A stretch of DNA of 64,000 nt. Source: Moniliella sp. 'wahieum'. Lineage: Eukaryota. Under the pieces are notes generated by a model. That model had not been told where the DNA came from. It worked only from the letters and a program-made list of their open reading frames with translations, and searched no databases. The translations under genes were made by a program, and so were the position numbers. The DNA lies in the NCBI GenBank assembly GCA_003971905.1, contig RSEE01000016.1:744001-808000 (forward strand), in the 5' to 3' direction. Positions 36,032 through 49,248 of this stretch are shown in pieces (the first letter of the stretch is position 1; each line of letters begins with the position of its first letter).

Positions 36032-39000
36032 GGAGGCAAGAGGGCAGGCAAGTGGGATGGAAGGGCAGAGCGAGGGGTGGTTAAGCAAGAGACAACGGCC
36101 AAAGAGAACGAAAGCTACGCAGTCCTTAGCCGGAAGAAAGATGAGGTTTGGGGGGTTAAGGGGTGGCACGGAGCTCACTCTACTGGGCAGGCGGCAAGGG
36201 TAATCGACAGCTAAAAGCTGATATGAGAGAGAGATAACCAGGGTTGTCAGTTACCGGTTACTGGTTACCGAATATCGGATGGAGCCGCGGGGTGTGGGAT
36301 ACGGGAAATGACCCAAGACCAATAAAGGTGCGATGTTGAGTAACGATGAACTCAAGCCAGGTATTGGGTACCGGATGCAGTAATCGCGATGATGGCTAGC
36401 CAATCGGTCGCTTGGGCTTACAGAAAAACCAGTGCACCCCTGTAAAAGTAGCACATTCCTGTCAGGTCAGAGGATTTTCACTAGCGAGGGTGCGAATGAC
36501 GAGGGCACTTGGGGATGATTGCGAGGAAAAGAACGTACCGAGATCACTTCGAAACCCTTTCGCCGGTGTCAATCTAGCCAAGTGAAGGCTGTGGCGCAGT
36601 TGCTCAACCTGTTTCCGTGAGAACACCAGGGCAGGGTTGAACGTTGAAGCTGGAAGGCAGAGGAGGTGCAAGTGGGTCAGTACGCTCCAGTCGAAGCATC
36701 ATCAACGCATATCAATCTGCAGACACCATGCATGGCATGGCATGGCATGGCATGGCAAGCATGATACGTGATGATGGTTGCGCGTTGAAGGTTGAACGTT
36801 GAACGTGCACAACGTTCACAATCCTCCCGACGCATTCGAGCTGTGGGCGCTGCTCCAGACTGCGGGACGTACAGAGATAGAGACAGCGGGAAAAAGGTAG
36901 CGCTGTCGCAGGACTCGGTGCTGAGAAGGGTCGACGAGACCAGACAATGTGTTGGACGGATAACAGGGGCAGGACGAGTAGGGCACTTAGTCGATAAGGC
37001 CTAAGGGCGAGTGTGGGTGTGGGATGTGCGGTGAATGGTGGATGGTCTCTGGTGGATGTTGATGATCGATGGCGCCCGTACAGCGCCTTTTGCTGGCCCA
37101 GGCAATCTGCTAGTCACTTGCACAATCACTTGCACAGTCACTTCGCCGAGCGTCTAAGCTTGTGAAAGTGGGGTGGGCGGCCGAAAAGCGGGATGGAAGG
37201 GTGGAGTTGCTAGTACAAAGGTTACTGCCCTGGGTAAGCTGGTAAGAAGACCTGAGACGGAAGCAGGAAGAGGTGCCCGCTGCTCAGCGCTGACCCGACG
37301 GCGGCGTCCAGCAGAGAAAAGAAGGCAAGGTGGGGGGAGGAGGGCTAGGGGCCAAGCAAGGGAGTGGGGTCGTGGGGCAGACGCCACAGGAGACCCACCG
37401 AGCGGACTGCGACACTCGAGAGCCGAGAGGACCCGAAGCGCAGGCAGGGCAAACCCCCAAGCCACCTGCGAGGAAGCGTCAGCGCGTACGGGGCCAGGCC
37501 CAAGACTGCAGCAACTCGTATGCGATGAGGCGTAGAAGGGCGTAGCAAGGCCCCATCCTGCCCAGTGCTTAGTACTTAGTACCTAGTGCACATAGCCAGT
37601 GCCTGGCCGCCTGCCTATCTAGCTTTGCTATCTCCTGCTCAGCCGTCACCGGTCACCGTGATATGTGACGCGTGAGCTCACCATCACGCGCCCAGACGCC
37701 CACCCGAACAAACGCCTCTTTTCCGCCCCGGATCCCGATGCCAAGCGAGACAGCAATCAAAACTGGGGTCAATATGGTCAATAGACGATAGGGATTGATT
37801 GCTGGTGAGCGATAGTAGAGAGTAGCGGAGAGGGAGGAGGGAGCGGAAGAGAGAAGACTAAGAGCTACGCCTGCCGGGGCTTCTAAAAGGAGGCCAGTCG
37901 GCCAGCCACACTTCCGCCCGAGCGGAACTAGCGGAGCTAGCTGGAAGTGACTGGGAGCGCCAGAGTCCGGCTATGCCGTTGGCACACCGCACTAGTGTCC
38001 CAACACTCTGCTGTGGCCGCCACAGCAGGATGCAACATTCCGACACGTCAGGCCTGAGCCTGAGCGCCCTGAGCTCAGGCCTCAGGCCAGCCTCAGGGCG
38101 CCAGCAACCCAAACGTACGCAAAATGGCCCAAGGCCCAAGCCAGCACCACTGGCGTTTGTGCGTGTCCATGTCACGCGTCACGTGCACCCCCTGCCTCTC
38201 CCCATCATGCACCACACGAGTTTGCCTTGCGGGCCAAGTGCTCGGATGTGGCTCCAGCGCTCCAGCTCTGGTGCGTGTGACACTGTTGGCCCGTTTGTAC
38301 ATACTGGCATCCAGATCCAGACACCCCAGCGGTTCAAATAAACGAGTGCTCAGTAGCTACTTACTAGTAACTAGTAAGTACACAATTGAGTACGTACTGG
38401 GTACTGATTGTCGATTGCCCTATCAAAACGCCCGTTCAAAAAGCCGACATCGGATGTCTGACGGGCTGACCCGGCGGCTCCTATCGACAGCTCAACGTTG
38501 AAGTTCAACGCAATGATAAGAGCAGGTGCAGCTCTCCAGCCACTGCCCAGCCACCGTCCAGCCACAGCCCACCCCGCGGCTCCCGATCCGCACGGGGCTG
38601 CTTGCGCAGTCCGATAGCGGTTCAAAAGTCCCCGGTCGCTGGTCACCGGTCACCGGTCTCGCATCATCGATCATCGACCCTCAGTAGCCCCAGCACAGCG
38701 CCACTACGACGTAACCGGTAACGCTAGCACCGGCGTAAAGCTTAAAGGCTTAGTGCTAAGGCTTAGCGCGCTTATCGCTTAACGCACGTCCGTGACGCGT
38801 GACTCATGTGCTGCTCTGCGCTCCGCCCTCAGGCGCCCTCAGGGCCTCAAATATCGGTGATGTCACACGCCGCGACCTCCTGAATCCATAGCATTGGCGC
38901 AACAGGACACTCTCAACAACACTGCGCCTACCAGAAGGCAGTTATGTAATAGCTCCTACCAATCCAAGGAAGAGGGACTCGAGGGGGTTCGCCAGCAGGT

Positions 39001-39076
39001 CAGGATATCGATCAGGCGCTAGGAGACCCCTGGCACTCGTCTCGTTAATCTTCGCTTCTATCCACTCGCAGATGGA

Positions 39077-39900
39077 TCTGCTCTTTTGAATTCATATCAT
39101 TGACAGAGCTAAGGCTGGGACAGGGGGAACGCTACGTCTAAACAACGAACCGTTCATCTTGCGGGGGTTACTTGGAAGCGCCACTAAGGTCAAGGAACCA
39201 AGGGTATCGCCAGGATATCAGGACCCTCCGGCTCTCGCCATCCGGTCCCGTACCCTAGGAAGCGCGTGTGGACACGGATGGACGGGGTTGACATCCGAGC
39301 GAGGAACCATTTCCACTGAGACTTGGTAGCCAACTCCTTCCAATGCGCAAACAACTTGCCCGCCGTCTTGGTGCCGTAGTATCCTCGCGTCGTCAAAACC
39401 AGGGGAAAAACGGTTCTTGAGTGCGTCCCTGGTACTTGGCGTTCTTGTCGCATTCTGCTTGTTCAAGCAGCCGAAGCAGTTCCTTCTCCCGGCGTTCCAA
39501 AGGCGACGCAGTGCTCTCGTGCACCACCCGCCGGTACGCGCTCTGCGCCTCTTGCGTTCCCGTGTCGCGCAGCGTGTGGTCGACCTTCATTCCTGATCCT
39601 CCCAGTCCTCCAGGCCCCGTCACGCGGTAGTCGGTGCGCTGTGCCCTCGGTCCGTGCCTCGTCCCATCCTCGTCCTCCACCATAGGTTCGTTGCGGACGT
39701 GAGTGTCGGGGATGGAGCGTATGAGCTGGAGAATGGGCACCCGCACTGCCTCATGCAACGCACTAAACTTAGCCTGGGTGCGGGTGCAAGACATGATGTG
39801 CTCCAGCGAGGACATGACACCGCACTCAGTTGCACATGCTGCGCGTGGTGCGGCACAGCGTGCGGAGCTGGAGACCAACCTGGATCTGCTGGCCAGAGAG
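39077..39900 (-). mobile_element. Copy 2: 5'-truncated CRE/Cnl1-like non-LTR element (zinc knuckle + restriction-like endonuclease + 3' region)
   Basis: CATECGVMSSLEHIMSC (CCHC), LHE, RNEP, RTDYRVTG, VDHT, DKNAKY, FFPLVLTTRG, matching RLE motif order. Confidence 0.82.
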
Positions 39901-40199
39901 CTCTAAAAGAGGACAAAACTTGAAGGAATGGAGCGTCCGTCGCGTGTCATATAAGCCACGCGCTTCTCACGGGTCTATACAGCTAACTTCTCTCTGCGTG
40001 AGAAGTGTCAATCAACGCCACCGATCCACTTTCAAAAGCCTCACTATAGCCACTAGTCACTGCAATACATAATTCACGCTTCTCCGACAGCTTCATGTTT
40101 CCCGCCCTTGCCTGGGTACTTACCATGGGGAAACCTTGCGATCGTTCGATAGCTTCCCACAGCATCAACAGTTTTGTGTGAGGGCATATAAGCGCAGAC

Positions 40200-40677
40200 C
40201 GTGTACCACAGAAGGTGGTACATTCAGTGGGAGCACCGCGATACCTTTGAACGCCGGAGAAGGAGCTGCTTCGGCTGCTGGAGCAAGCAGAATGCGACAA
40301 GAACACCAAGTACTCCAGGGACGCACCCAAGAGCAGTTTCCCCCCTGTTGGTTTTGACGACGCGAAAGGATATTATGCCATCAAGTCAGCGGGCAAGATG
40401 CTTGAGCACTGGAAGGATTTGACTACTGATTCTCAATGGAGATGGTTCGCCGCTCGGATGTCTACCACGTTCATCCGTAACCACACGCGCTTCCTCGGGT
40501 ATGGGAACGGATGGCAGGCTCCAGAGGGTCCTGATCTCCTCTGACGATTCCCCTGGTTCCTTAAGCGAGGTTGGCGCTATCAAAAGCAGCACACGCATGA
40601 TGAACGGGTCGGTTTAGGCGCAGCGTTTCTTTGTCCCAACTTTAAGCTCTGTCAATGATATGAATGCATTATAGAGA
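40200..40677 (+). mobile_element. Copy 3: more diverged copy in opposite orientation
   Basis: GAACGCCGGAGAAGGAGCTGCTTCGGCTGCTGGAGCAAGCAGAATGCGACAAGAAC..GTTTTGACGACGCG..AAGCTCTGTCAATGATATGAATG is the reverse complement of copy 2/4 sequence. Confidence 0.8.
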
Positions 40678-41138
40678 TACAGCAGCTCTATGACCATCCC
40701 GAGGGCAAGAAAGCCGGTTGTGGCTGTGTTTCTGATGTGGTGAAAACAGGTTTATGATGAGAGTGTGGCGATCAACACATGGTAAGAGCGATCAAAAATG
40801 AGGAACACACAACAGGGGTAGGAGGCAAAACGTAAACATAATAAACAAGTGGGGAGGAGTAATAGGAGCGTGAAATCGCCCGGGCGGGCCATCATACACA
40901 AGAGTGGTATAAGTGCCACAGTCGTGTCGCCTACTCTTTATACAGCCCCCATATTGTATTGGGGGGGGACAGGGACATGAAGTGAAATGAAATGAAAAGA
41001 CAATGGACAAAAGTACCCTCATCATGTGCACCCATCTTGAGCGAGGAGGAATGGGCTACATTTATGCATGCCAAGACGGCATTGAACGCCTCTCTCCGCC
41101 TTGGAGGATGAAGCGATATGAGGCATTGTGGTACTCGA

Positions 41139-41331
41139 TTACGTCCGGATGAGGATGAGGAAACGGTTGTAGGCATTGCGGTTGATTGCTGAATATGACT
41201 CGTCATTGTCGGGGCTAGTCACCTGGGTAACCCCCGTCGCTCCCTGCAACGCCTTGTGCACCGCTTCGGTCGAAGGCACCCAGACACGGGCCACCTCCTC
41301 GGTCCCGACTGCAATGTGGATGTGAGCCATG
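41139..41331 (-). CDS. Possible small hypothetical protein
   Basis: ACCATGG context, MAHIHIAVGTEEVARVWVP...; TATA-like element near 41600 and pyrimidine-rich leader. Confidence 0.25.
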
Positions 41332-42065
41332 GTGGACAACGAGTAAGATCTTAAACATGGACGCAGAAGGTGTGTCAATACTATATGGCAACTTCTGTGC
41401 GTTCTCTGCCTTCGGGCGCATCGCGAGAACGGCGGCTCTCTGTAAGCAGTAGTAGTACACTCACTGGAGACAGCACGCCGTGATGGAGTAGACGAGGTGG
41501 ACCGAGCGTGGGAGTCAACGGGGATGGAGGATGTGAAGGGGAGGTGGCTGTGGAGGGAGAGGAGAGGGAGAGACAACCAGATGTGCCCCCGTAGTGTTAA
41601 ATACAAAATGCCTACTGCATGTGGCGTTGTCGGGGCGCAGCTTAGGAGCAGGGTGTCCTACCCGCCCTAATTAAACTTCCATACAGCTGTGGTGCGATCC
41701 AACTATAGACAAGCCTGCTCGGCCCGGCCACCCCCCCATAGTGTACCCGTGCTTCCCCGCATCGGCCCAGATTCTGGAGACAACCCCACATCCTCCTGTC
41801 CCCATCCCTCCCCCAACCCCCACCGTCCACACACATCTTTTTCTATGCCTGTAACGTCTGCTCCCCACACAGTGTCAGCATTACGCTCATCTTTATTACA
41901 CACACCCACCCATCCACAAAGATAGTTTTTGTGCTCCACGGACAAATGGGTACACAATACATGAGTTCTTTTCCTTCTCATTCTTTTATCACTTATTAGT
42001 TGTACACACAATCACTTATTCATTCCAAGGCTTACAGTGAAGGATAGTGAAACCGGTGAGCATAG

Positions 42066-42107
42066 TGAAGGCGTCGTGAAGGCATTGTGAAGGCATTGTG
42101 AAGGCAT
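42066..42107. repeat. 11-bp tandem repeat (GTGAAGGCATT) x~4
   Basis: gtgaaggcgtcgtgaaggcattgtgaaggcattgtgaaggcat. Confidence 0.75.
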
Positions 42108-42355
42108 AATATGGAGTACAACCGTCGGGCTATAAGAACTTTGTATAGATGTACGATTCGTGGAAGAGGCGAAAATGGGCAAACACGAAGAACTCATCGG
42201 CACAGTACGCATACGGGAATGCGGGCATGCCCGCATTACCATCTAACACGATTACCTTGGCGGGCATTATCGCAGCTGTGAGGGTAAAAGCGTGGCAATT
42301 CAGCTTTTTTTTGTCAAACGAGGAAAGCAGGACTAACTAAGTGTCATTGTTTGGC

Positions 42356-42522
42356 TGATCTCGCTCCCATTTCCAATTTCTTCGTCTCGAGCGTCTCGCT
42401 CCTTCCCTGTTCCTTCCACTTCGCACCATGTCCTCTGTTCTTGCTTCTTCCCCACGAACGATTGCTACACCCCTTGGCCTAGTCCGATCCTGGTCTCCCT
42501 CGCCTTAGCCCCGACTGTGACA
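42356..42522 (+). repeat. About 170-bp dispersed repeat, copy A
   Basis: Close match to 60605-60781 (GTCTCGCTCCTTCCCTGTT..TCTTGCTTCTTCCCCACGA.CGATTGCTACA..GCCTAGTCC..GACTGTGACA). Confidence 0.85.
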
Positions 42523-43360
42523 CTAATGAGTAGCTATTCATATACCACACGTCACGCGAGTGCCGCCGGTTGGACCTGTGTCTAGTGCATTGACTTAAGC
42601 TGACCAAAATCTGGAGTACATGAGCGAAGGTGTGCTGGTAGGGTTTGACTGCCTATTCCTCTGCTTATTTGATCAGGTGATAGGTGCCGCTCGCTTAATT
42701 ATGGGAGGCTCCCCACATGCAGGCAGCACCCCTCAGGCCTCACATCGCTCCAGCTTCTCTGTCTCCGGCCTCTTCCCTGCAGATTCACGTGGGTGACGCC
42801 GGCGACGCCATTCTTTGCCAATCCGTTTTTGCCCGAAGTCGATCTGAAGTTGCTCCCCAGCGACAGACCCCATAAGATCCCGATGACTTCGAGGAGTCGC
42901 ACTTTACTAGCATCCGGGTCTTTCCAATTCCTCTCAAAAACACTGCTGTTCATCAGCCAGCGGACATATCCGAGTTGCGCTCTGCCACAAGGTATATTTC
43001 ATGTGAGTATATGGCCTTTCACCTCGACGTCAGATTCGACCTCTCATTTTCGACCTCTCATACTTCCAAGTTCCTCATCGTCGCGGTCACTTCATGGCCT
43101 GTCCGAGTTGATTCAGTTCGGGGACGTGGAGGAAGCAGAAAAGCTCATGTGAGAAAAGCTCATTCACATGAGCTCTGGCAGGCACCACGCCCAAGTCTCA
43201 AGAACTCGTCGAGCCCCATATCCCCTTCCCAAGCAAAACCCATATTGAAGGAAGTGATGGGGACATGCAAACACACTGAATGTATGGCTCATACGCGTAG
43301 TATTTGGCCGAGCCAGATGATGTACAAGAGCGAGGGTCGGACCAGCGAGAAGCCTGGTCA

Positions 43361-43812
43361 TCAATCCCTTTCCAAGTCTAGGCAAAACAGGTGAGCAAAC
43401 AAATATCGCCTAATGAGGGGGAAGGGGGCAACGAACTGATGCTAGTCCCGAATCGAGCGTAGAGCTTGACCTTGAGTTCCTTCATGGACGCTTCAGCTTC
43501 GTCCGCTTCGGTCTCGAGTTCCGAGATGCGTTGCTCGGTACGCTCAGCATCGGCCTGAGCTCGTTCCAGCGCCAAAGGTTGAGAAAGGTGCACAAAGGTA
43601 GACCCAACGAGGTAGGGAACCTTCTCATCTTCATCGACCAGTTCCAGTTCCATGATCAAATCGTCGAGCGCCTCCTTGTCGTCCCGTCGCTGGGCGAGCA
43701 ACGCTCGCGCATCCGCCAGGACCACGTCGAGCCGACTGAACTCGTTGATGGACTTCTGGTCCTCCCGCGACACTACAGTGTCGTTCTCCTCATTGTCATT
43801 GAGCATGCGCAT
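43361..43812 (-). CDS. GIM3: Prefoldin subunit 4 (Gim3/PFDN4)
   Basis: MRML..VSREDQKSINEFSRL..ELELVDEDEKVPYLVGSTFVHL..MKELKVKLYARFG; splicing intron 43378-43436 (GTTCGT..CTCAC..TAG) gives the typical SINLERD-stop end. Confidence 0.93.
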
Positions 43813-44423
43813 CGTGCTGGATCGTTGTTGGTGCGATGAAGGTGGAGGGGGCTCGTGTGGCTGCGATCGACCTCAAGGGGGCGTCAAGCTTGAAGGTGGC
43901 GCGGCACGAAGGGGCGGAACTGTAAAGCGGAATTCAATTTAGATAGCCTACATGAATTATTGAAGGCCGAATCGTATGATCAGGAGTAGTGACGCAGCGG
44001 TTAGCGTGTGAGATTGCAATTGCTCGTTCACGAGTAGCTATCATCTTGAAGTCGTTGGTTCAAGTCCGACCTACTCCTTTATTTTTTTGGGACAGGATTG
44101 GAGCCTCAATCGAAGAAGTGCTACCGCGCATCAGCGTACCTCTGCGCCCTACGATCTCACTTTTTCAGCTCCTGTTGCCGGATACCACCCCCACCACCTG
44201 TCCAAGGTTCACGCACAAGCTATATAAACCAACCTATGGTCAGATTCGTATACATTTAGTCCGTGAGAGCACGAAATGCTGGTGGATGTCAGGTGCGGTG
44301 TTCCCCGGTGGAACGCAGCGGCGTCTATCTCAGGGAGTACTGGGATCTTGCAATTTGAAATGCCAAGCAGCGCTGGAAGCTGTACTTAGCTAATCCCAGC
44401 CAGCAGCCCAGCCACGGCAGGCC

Positions 44424-47400
44424 ATGTCGGTCACCATCACTCCTCGAGTGGCTAGTGAGGTCGGCTGGGAGATTCTCTTTCGTCTGCCGTTTGTGGCAAC
44501 TCTTGCTGGGCCAAACAAGTGGCAATTGGGCGCAAGCTAGCTTGAAGCGCTTGACGTTTGAAGCTTGACTTGCCACGTTGACCACCCACCCTCTCAGCCA
44601 GCCAACACCCACAGACGGCCATGCCCGATGCCTTTCCCCCTCTCGGGAGCAGGCGAGAGGGTGCTGGGCAGACGAGAAGACCCCAGGCCCCCAACCCCTA
44701 CCTTCCTTCGGCCCAGCGCGACTTTGATCCATACCCATCCCGGCTTGCCGAGCTGAGGCGACGGGCAATTGAGCATGCTTATGCCGCCGAAGACACGATG
44801 TTGGAGCAATCAGCGTCCGGTGCGCTCTCGTCTTCCAGGGATGACAATAGAAGGGGCGGTGTGGCCTTTTTATCACAAGATTCTGCTTCTGCCCTTCGTG
44901 CAGTGGGTCTCGAGACCGAGTTGGACGACGTGCAAGACGAGCCAACAGGGGATCGGCCTCAAGTGTATGGCATGTCACGGGTCATCATCAACACGCCTGG
45001 GCAGGCCAGGAGGAAAGCGAGAAGGAAACGTAAATCGGGTGCCTCCACTCCCTCCAAAGGCAGTGGCCACCAAGCCAAGACGCAAGCGAGCCTGATCGCA
45101 TGCTGTCCATCGCATCTGCTCGTCCAAGACCTGATGCTCCCCTAAGGGACCATCTTGAACACTATGCCCGTTTTACTCTTGGATCCTATGATCCTTGGGA
45201 CGTAGGCATGTGGAAGGAAGATGTGGAAGAACAACGATGCACCCCGGATTTGGTATTGAATCCAGTCGCCTCGTCTCATGGACTGGACGTGGACCTAACT
45301 CATGCCTTGGCCCAGGTCCGAAGGATCCGGGCCACTCGTTCGGCTCTAGCAAGGTCCGCCTTTAACCAGAAGCCCGGGTCATCTGAGTCGTATGCTGCTG
45401 AGGTCGAGGCCGAAGAAGAGGTATGGAAAAATGTTGATGACTTGTTGCATCAGCTCCTCTCCTCTCCCGAGGCACTTGTCCAGCGGTTCAGTCCGATTCG
45501 CTTTTTCCACAATCATGTGGTACATGGGTTGGCTGGTGTGGAAGGTCCCATTCTTGCACTTGAAGCTGCCCGCGAGGCCGAGGCGAATCGGTTTGCAGAA
45601 TGGTTTGCCGATTTGGCTCGCCCCGTTGCTACTCACCAGCCAACGGCCCCGGCAGACATTGCCAATGTACTCCAGGATGTACCAGGCGAGCAGATGCTTG
45701 TGACCAAAGTTCAAAACAAGCTCCATTCCCTGATCGAGTCACTGATTCCTACTGCAGGGGCTGTGGGACCCGCCACGCAGAACCTCAACTTGGTTGCTAT
45801 TCTTCTGGTGCGGTCGGTATGTACATTCCCGATTTCTGTGCGTTCACTGCCTAACGCAATCATTGGTTTCTAGGTATTCGCCCCACTGTTCTCACCCACA
45901 GAGGATGTACAGTTGTGGACACTCTATTTGGCTGCCGTTGGATTGCACACTGTCCCTGCCAGCCTGTTGTGGTTGCACCTGTCTCAGGCAGGACGTGCGT
46001 ATGCACAGACAAGAACCAATCTAGTGTTTCATGATTTGCATTCTGACCTGGACGAGGCGCTCTTGGCGATGATTCGACATGATCCATCGTGCACGCAGGC
46101 ACAGATGCGGGAGCGACTGCTAGCTGACCGCATAGGTCTCCACCACTTTTACATGGCTACTCGGTCCTGTCTTTCTGCGCCTGGCGTGGTTCAAGGTGCA
46201 TATGCTTATCGCTTTGCCTCGGATGTGCTCGATGATCATACGAACTTGGTGGTCCGCGCTTTCCTTTCACCCAACAAGCGGAAAGATTGGTGGTCCAACC
46301 AACTATGCGACCCTCAACTCGGCGACGGGGTGTCGTTGAGTGTCGGGCTCAAGCATCGTTTGCTCGTCAGTGCTTCCTTGGTTCGCTTTGCCTCGGCTGC
46401 CGATTCGATCACATGGGAAGAGATGGCTTCATCGGCGTTTGGATCGGGGCTGCAAAGAGGTGGGGACGAGGACGAGTTGGATGACGAAGGGTGGGCTGCT
46501 TCCGAGTCTGGCCAATCCCGAGCTCACTTTGCCGACCCCACCACGAGCTTGGACAATCCGTCCTTGACGGTGGGTGTGCGTGTAGTCGGATCCACGGGAC
46601 TAGACCGTGCCCTGGCTGAACTTGGACTGCTTGACACCCCAAGTCCCTCGCGTCGACTTGAGGTACATATTCGCCGTGGTCGTCTGCTCGAAGACAGCAT
46701 AGTCTTGCTTGATCATCTCTCCCACACCAATCCCGAGGCCCGGCAGCTGCCGCTCTCAGTGTCATGGGTGGGAGAGGAGGCTGTTGATGGTGGCGGTCCG
46801 CGAAGGGAATGGATCAGCGCCTTGGTTGCTGCTCTCACAGTGCGGTCGGGTGAAGCGACACCGAAACCCTCGGTGGGTGCTTGGCTCAGCCAGTTGGATC
46901 GTCCACGTGCTTGGCTGTTGGGGTGCGCATTAGGACTTGCCCTGCTCCATGACGTTCCCGTTCGCCCCGAATTGCCTCTCTGGATCTACCGGCGTCTTCT
47001 TGGCGCGGGAACTACCTCATCTCCTTACTGGTACTTGGCAGATGTGGAACAGGAGTGCGACTTTGACTTGGCCTGCGCGCATGGCGAAGTACACCGACGC
47101 TGTGGGAGCATGGGACACAGGACTCGATCCAAAGACGAGACACGACCTGTTGGTGATGCGCATCGATCGGTTAAAAGAGACACAGGAGCACATGGCAAGC
47201 GCCCTTTTGGGCCCGGGCGTTGCGGACGAGTCCTTGGTGGAGCAGTCGTTAAACGAGTTGGTCAAGGGATTCCAATGGACTCGAGGTCTTCCGTTGAATA
47301 TTTTGGGCCCAGGCGATCTACGTGCCATTCTCTGTGGATCAGACTCTGCGGACGAACTACATGAGTTGGAGCTGAAGCCGGGACGGAGTGTGGACAAAGA

Positions 47401-47854
47401 AGGCGCGGACGAACAGCTTCAACTTTACCTGCGGCAAGCGACACGCCACATCGGTTTTGCTGCGGAAGTCCCCTTGGATCTGCAACTACGAGATCGGTTC
47501 TGGACCCTCTTTCTCTCTGACTGGAACGCAGCCCAACGTTCATCTTTGCTCTCCTTTGTCACGGGCGCCCCCGGGTTTTCATCTGGATGGCATCGCCCCG
47601 TCTCGGGCCATACTTCTACCTCGTCCGCTTCGCTCAGGCAGACAAGCTCGGGTGGCCCGCTGGGGTCCAGCTCGGACGTACCCGCAGTGGCTATGACACT
47701 GCACCTGGTTGACGACCCGGCATTTGCATCGTACGTGCCCTGGAGCAGCACTTGTACCTCCACTCTCTTCCTCCCACGGATGGCAGCGCACGAGCTGGGG
47801 CCGCGACTCGAGGTGGCGCTGCAGAACGCGACGGCCGGGTTTGGGCTCAAGTAG
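44424..47854 (+). CDS. HECT-domain E3 ubiquitin ligase (Hul4/UBE3A-like C-terminus)
   Basis: LEVHIRRGRLLEDS, LSVSWVGEEAVDGGGPRREW, GCALGLALL, RFW..QRSSLLSFVTG, PWSSTCTSTLFLP (catalytic Cys), ends GFGLK; intron ~45817-45873; start uncertain. Confidence 0.85.
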
Positions 47855-49248
47855 GGCTTGGTACAAGTAACGAACTCATTTCCAACACTTGCGATAATCT
47901 GGATAATTGCTATTGTCGAGAATGCAAGGACTGAGGTGGCCTACTTTCCTATGAATAGATTGTACATTTGGAGAAGCCCTCCTGCTCCGTTTCCTCGTCA
48001 CACTCCACTAGTTCATTGAGAACATGCATGTCACGAATGAGGCGCTCCAGCTTGACAATCCGCTATACTGCGAACTATCTCGTGGAACGTCCCGTCTTCA
48101 GATTGGGCGAAGGTGCGTACCACAAGATGCGCTGCAACGGTGCCATCTGTCCACATTCGCCTTGGCAATGAGAGAAACGCCACAGAGTGCGGGGTTGAGC
48201 TTGAAGGCCAACATATGAACTCGCTTGCCGTTACGAGCGGGGCACTTGGCAGCAGAGACGAGAGATAGCCTCGTGTTGTTGAACGGGCCTCTCGGTGCCC
48301 AACTTTCAACCACAAGTCCTTTGAATGATTCATGCCGGGTGCTCTTCCACATCTCGCTAACACATCGTTTGCACCGCGTCGTACACCTCCGGATGTGGAG
48401 GTCCTGGAAATCAACCAATGGTTATGATTGCCTTCGGCAGCCGCCGCCGTAAGTGCGCGGAGCGCAATGTACCACTAAAGTAGGGCAGTTGACATGTGCA
48501 CAGGTGAACCCGATGAAGGATGCAACGGAGGATTATCTCAGTAGGCCTGTCTCATGGTGGTGGTGCACCAATCTTCAACACCAAACACGGACCCGACTGA
48601 AGTCATTAGTCACTAGTCAACGTTCAACAGAAGAAGCAAAAACTCCACTTTCCTCGACGCCACACCCACACTCCACAATCCGCCCCACCGGCCCCGCACC
48701 GCCTCGTCCGTGTCAAAGGCATGCCAAGTGTTCTCCTAGTCTGTCGAACGAGTAGCGGTGGGTCGAGGCGCAATAGAAAACCCTGGAAACCCAGGACATG
48801 GTCAAACCAATAATCCTTCAATCCACCAGTCGAGATCGACAGAACAACCTGCGGAAGCCCTGATCACCGGTCACCGGTCACGCTGCCGCTTTTGGTGTGG
48901 CTTGCGGAGAGGCAGCAGGGGACTGGCCGGGAGCGGCAGAAGCGGCGCCGAGCGGGACCACGTGCGCGCGTTATTACGGCGCCACATGCACCACTGCAGA
49001 TCCATCGATTGCCACATCCGTATAGCCAATCGACCACCACCAGCACAACCCCCACTACCATGCTTGGTCCTGCACCAATATAAGGGGTTTGGTTGGAGGG
49101 ATGAGGCTGCGTTTGGATCTCTCGACCCATCTACAGTCTCCACTCCTTCCTTCCTCTCCCGCTTCCAAGCACTCTTCCCGCCCCGCCCACCTGCCCCCAC
49201 GCTCTTTGACTTTGCACCTCTGTGGTGCTCTCTCCTGAACACGTCGCG

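Noticed and set aside
38926..38960. GCCTACCAGAA..GCTCCTA similarity to 56748-56781
   Set aside because: Too short and gapped to distinguish from chance by eye
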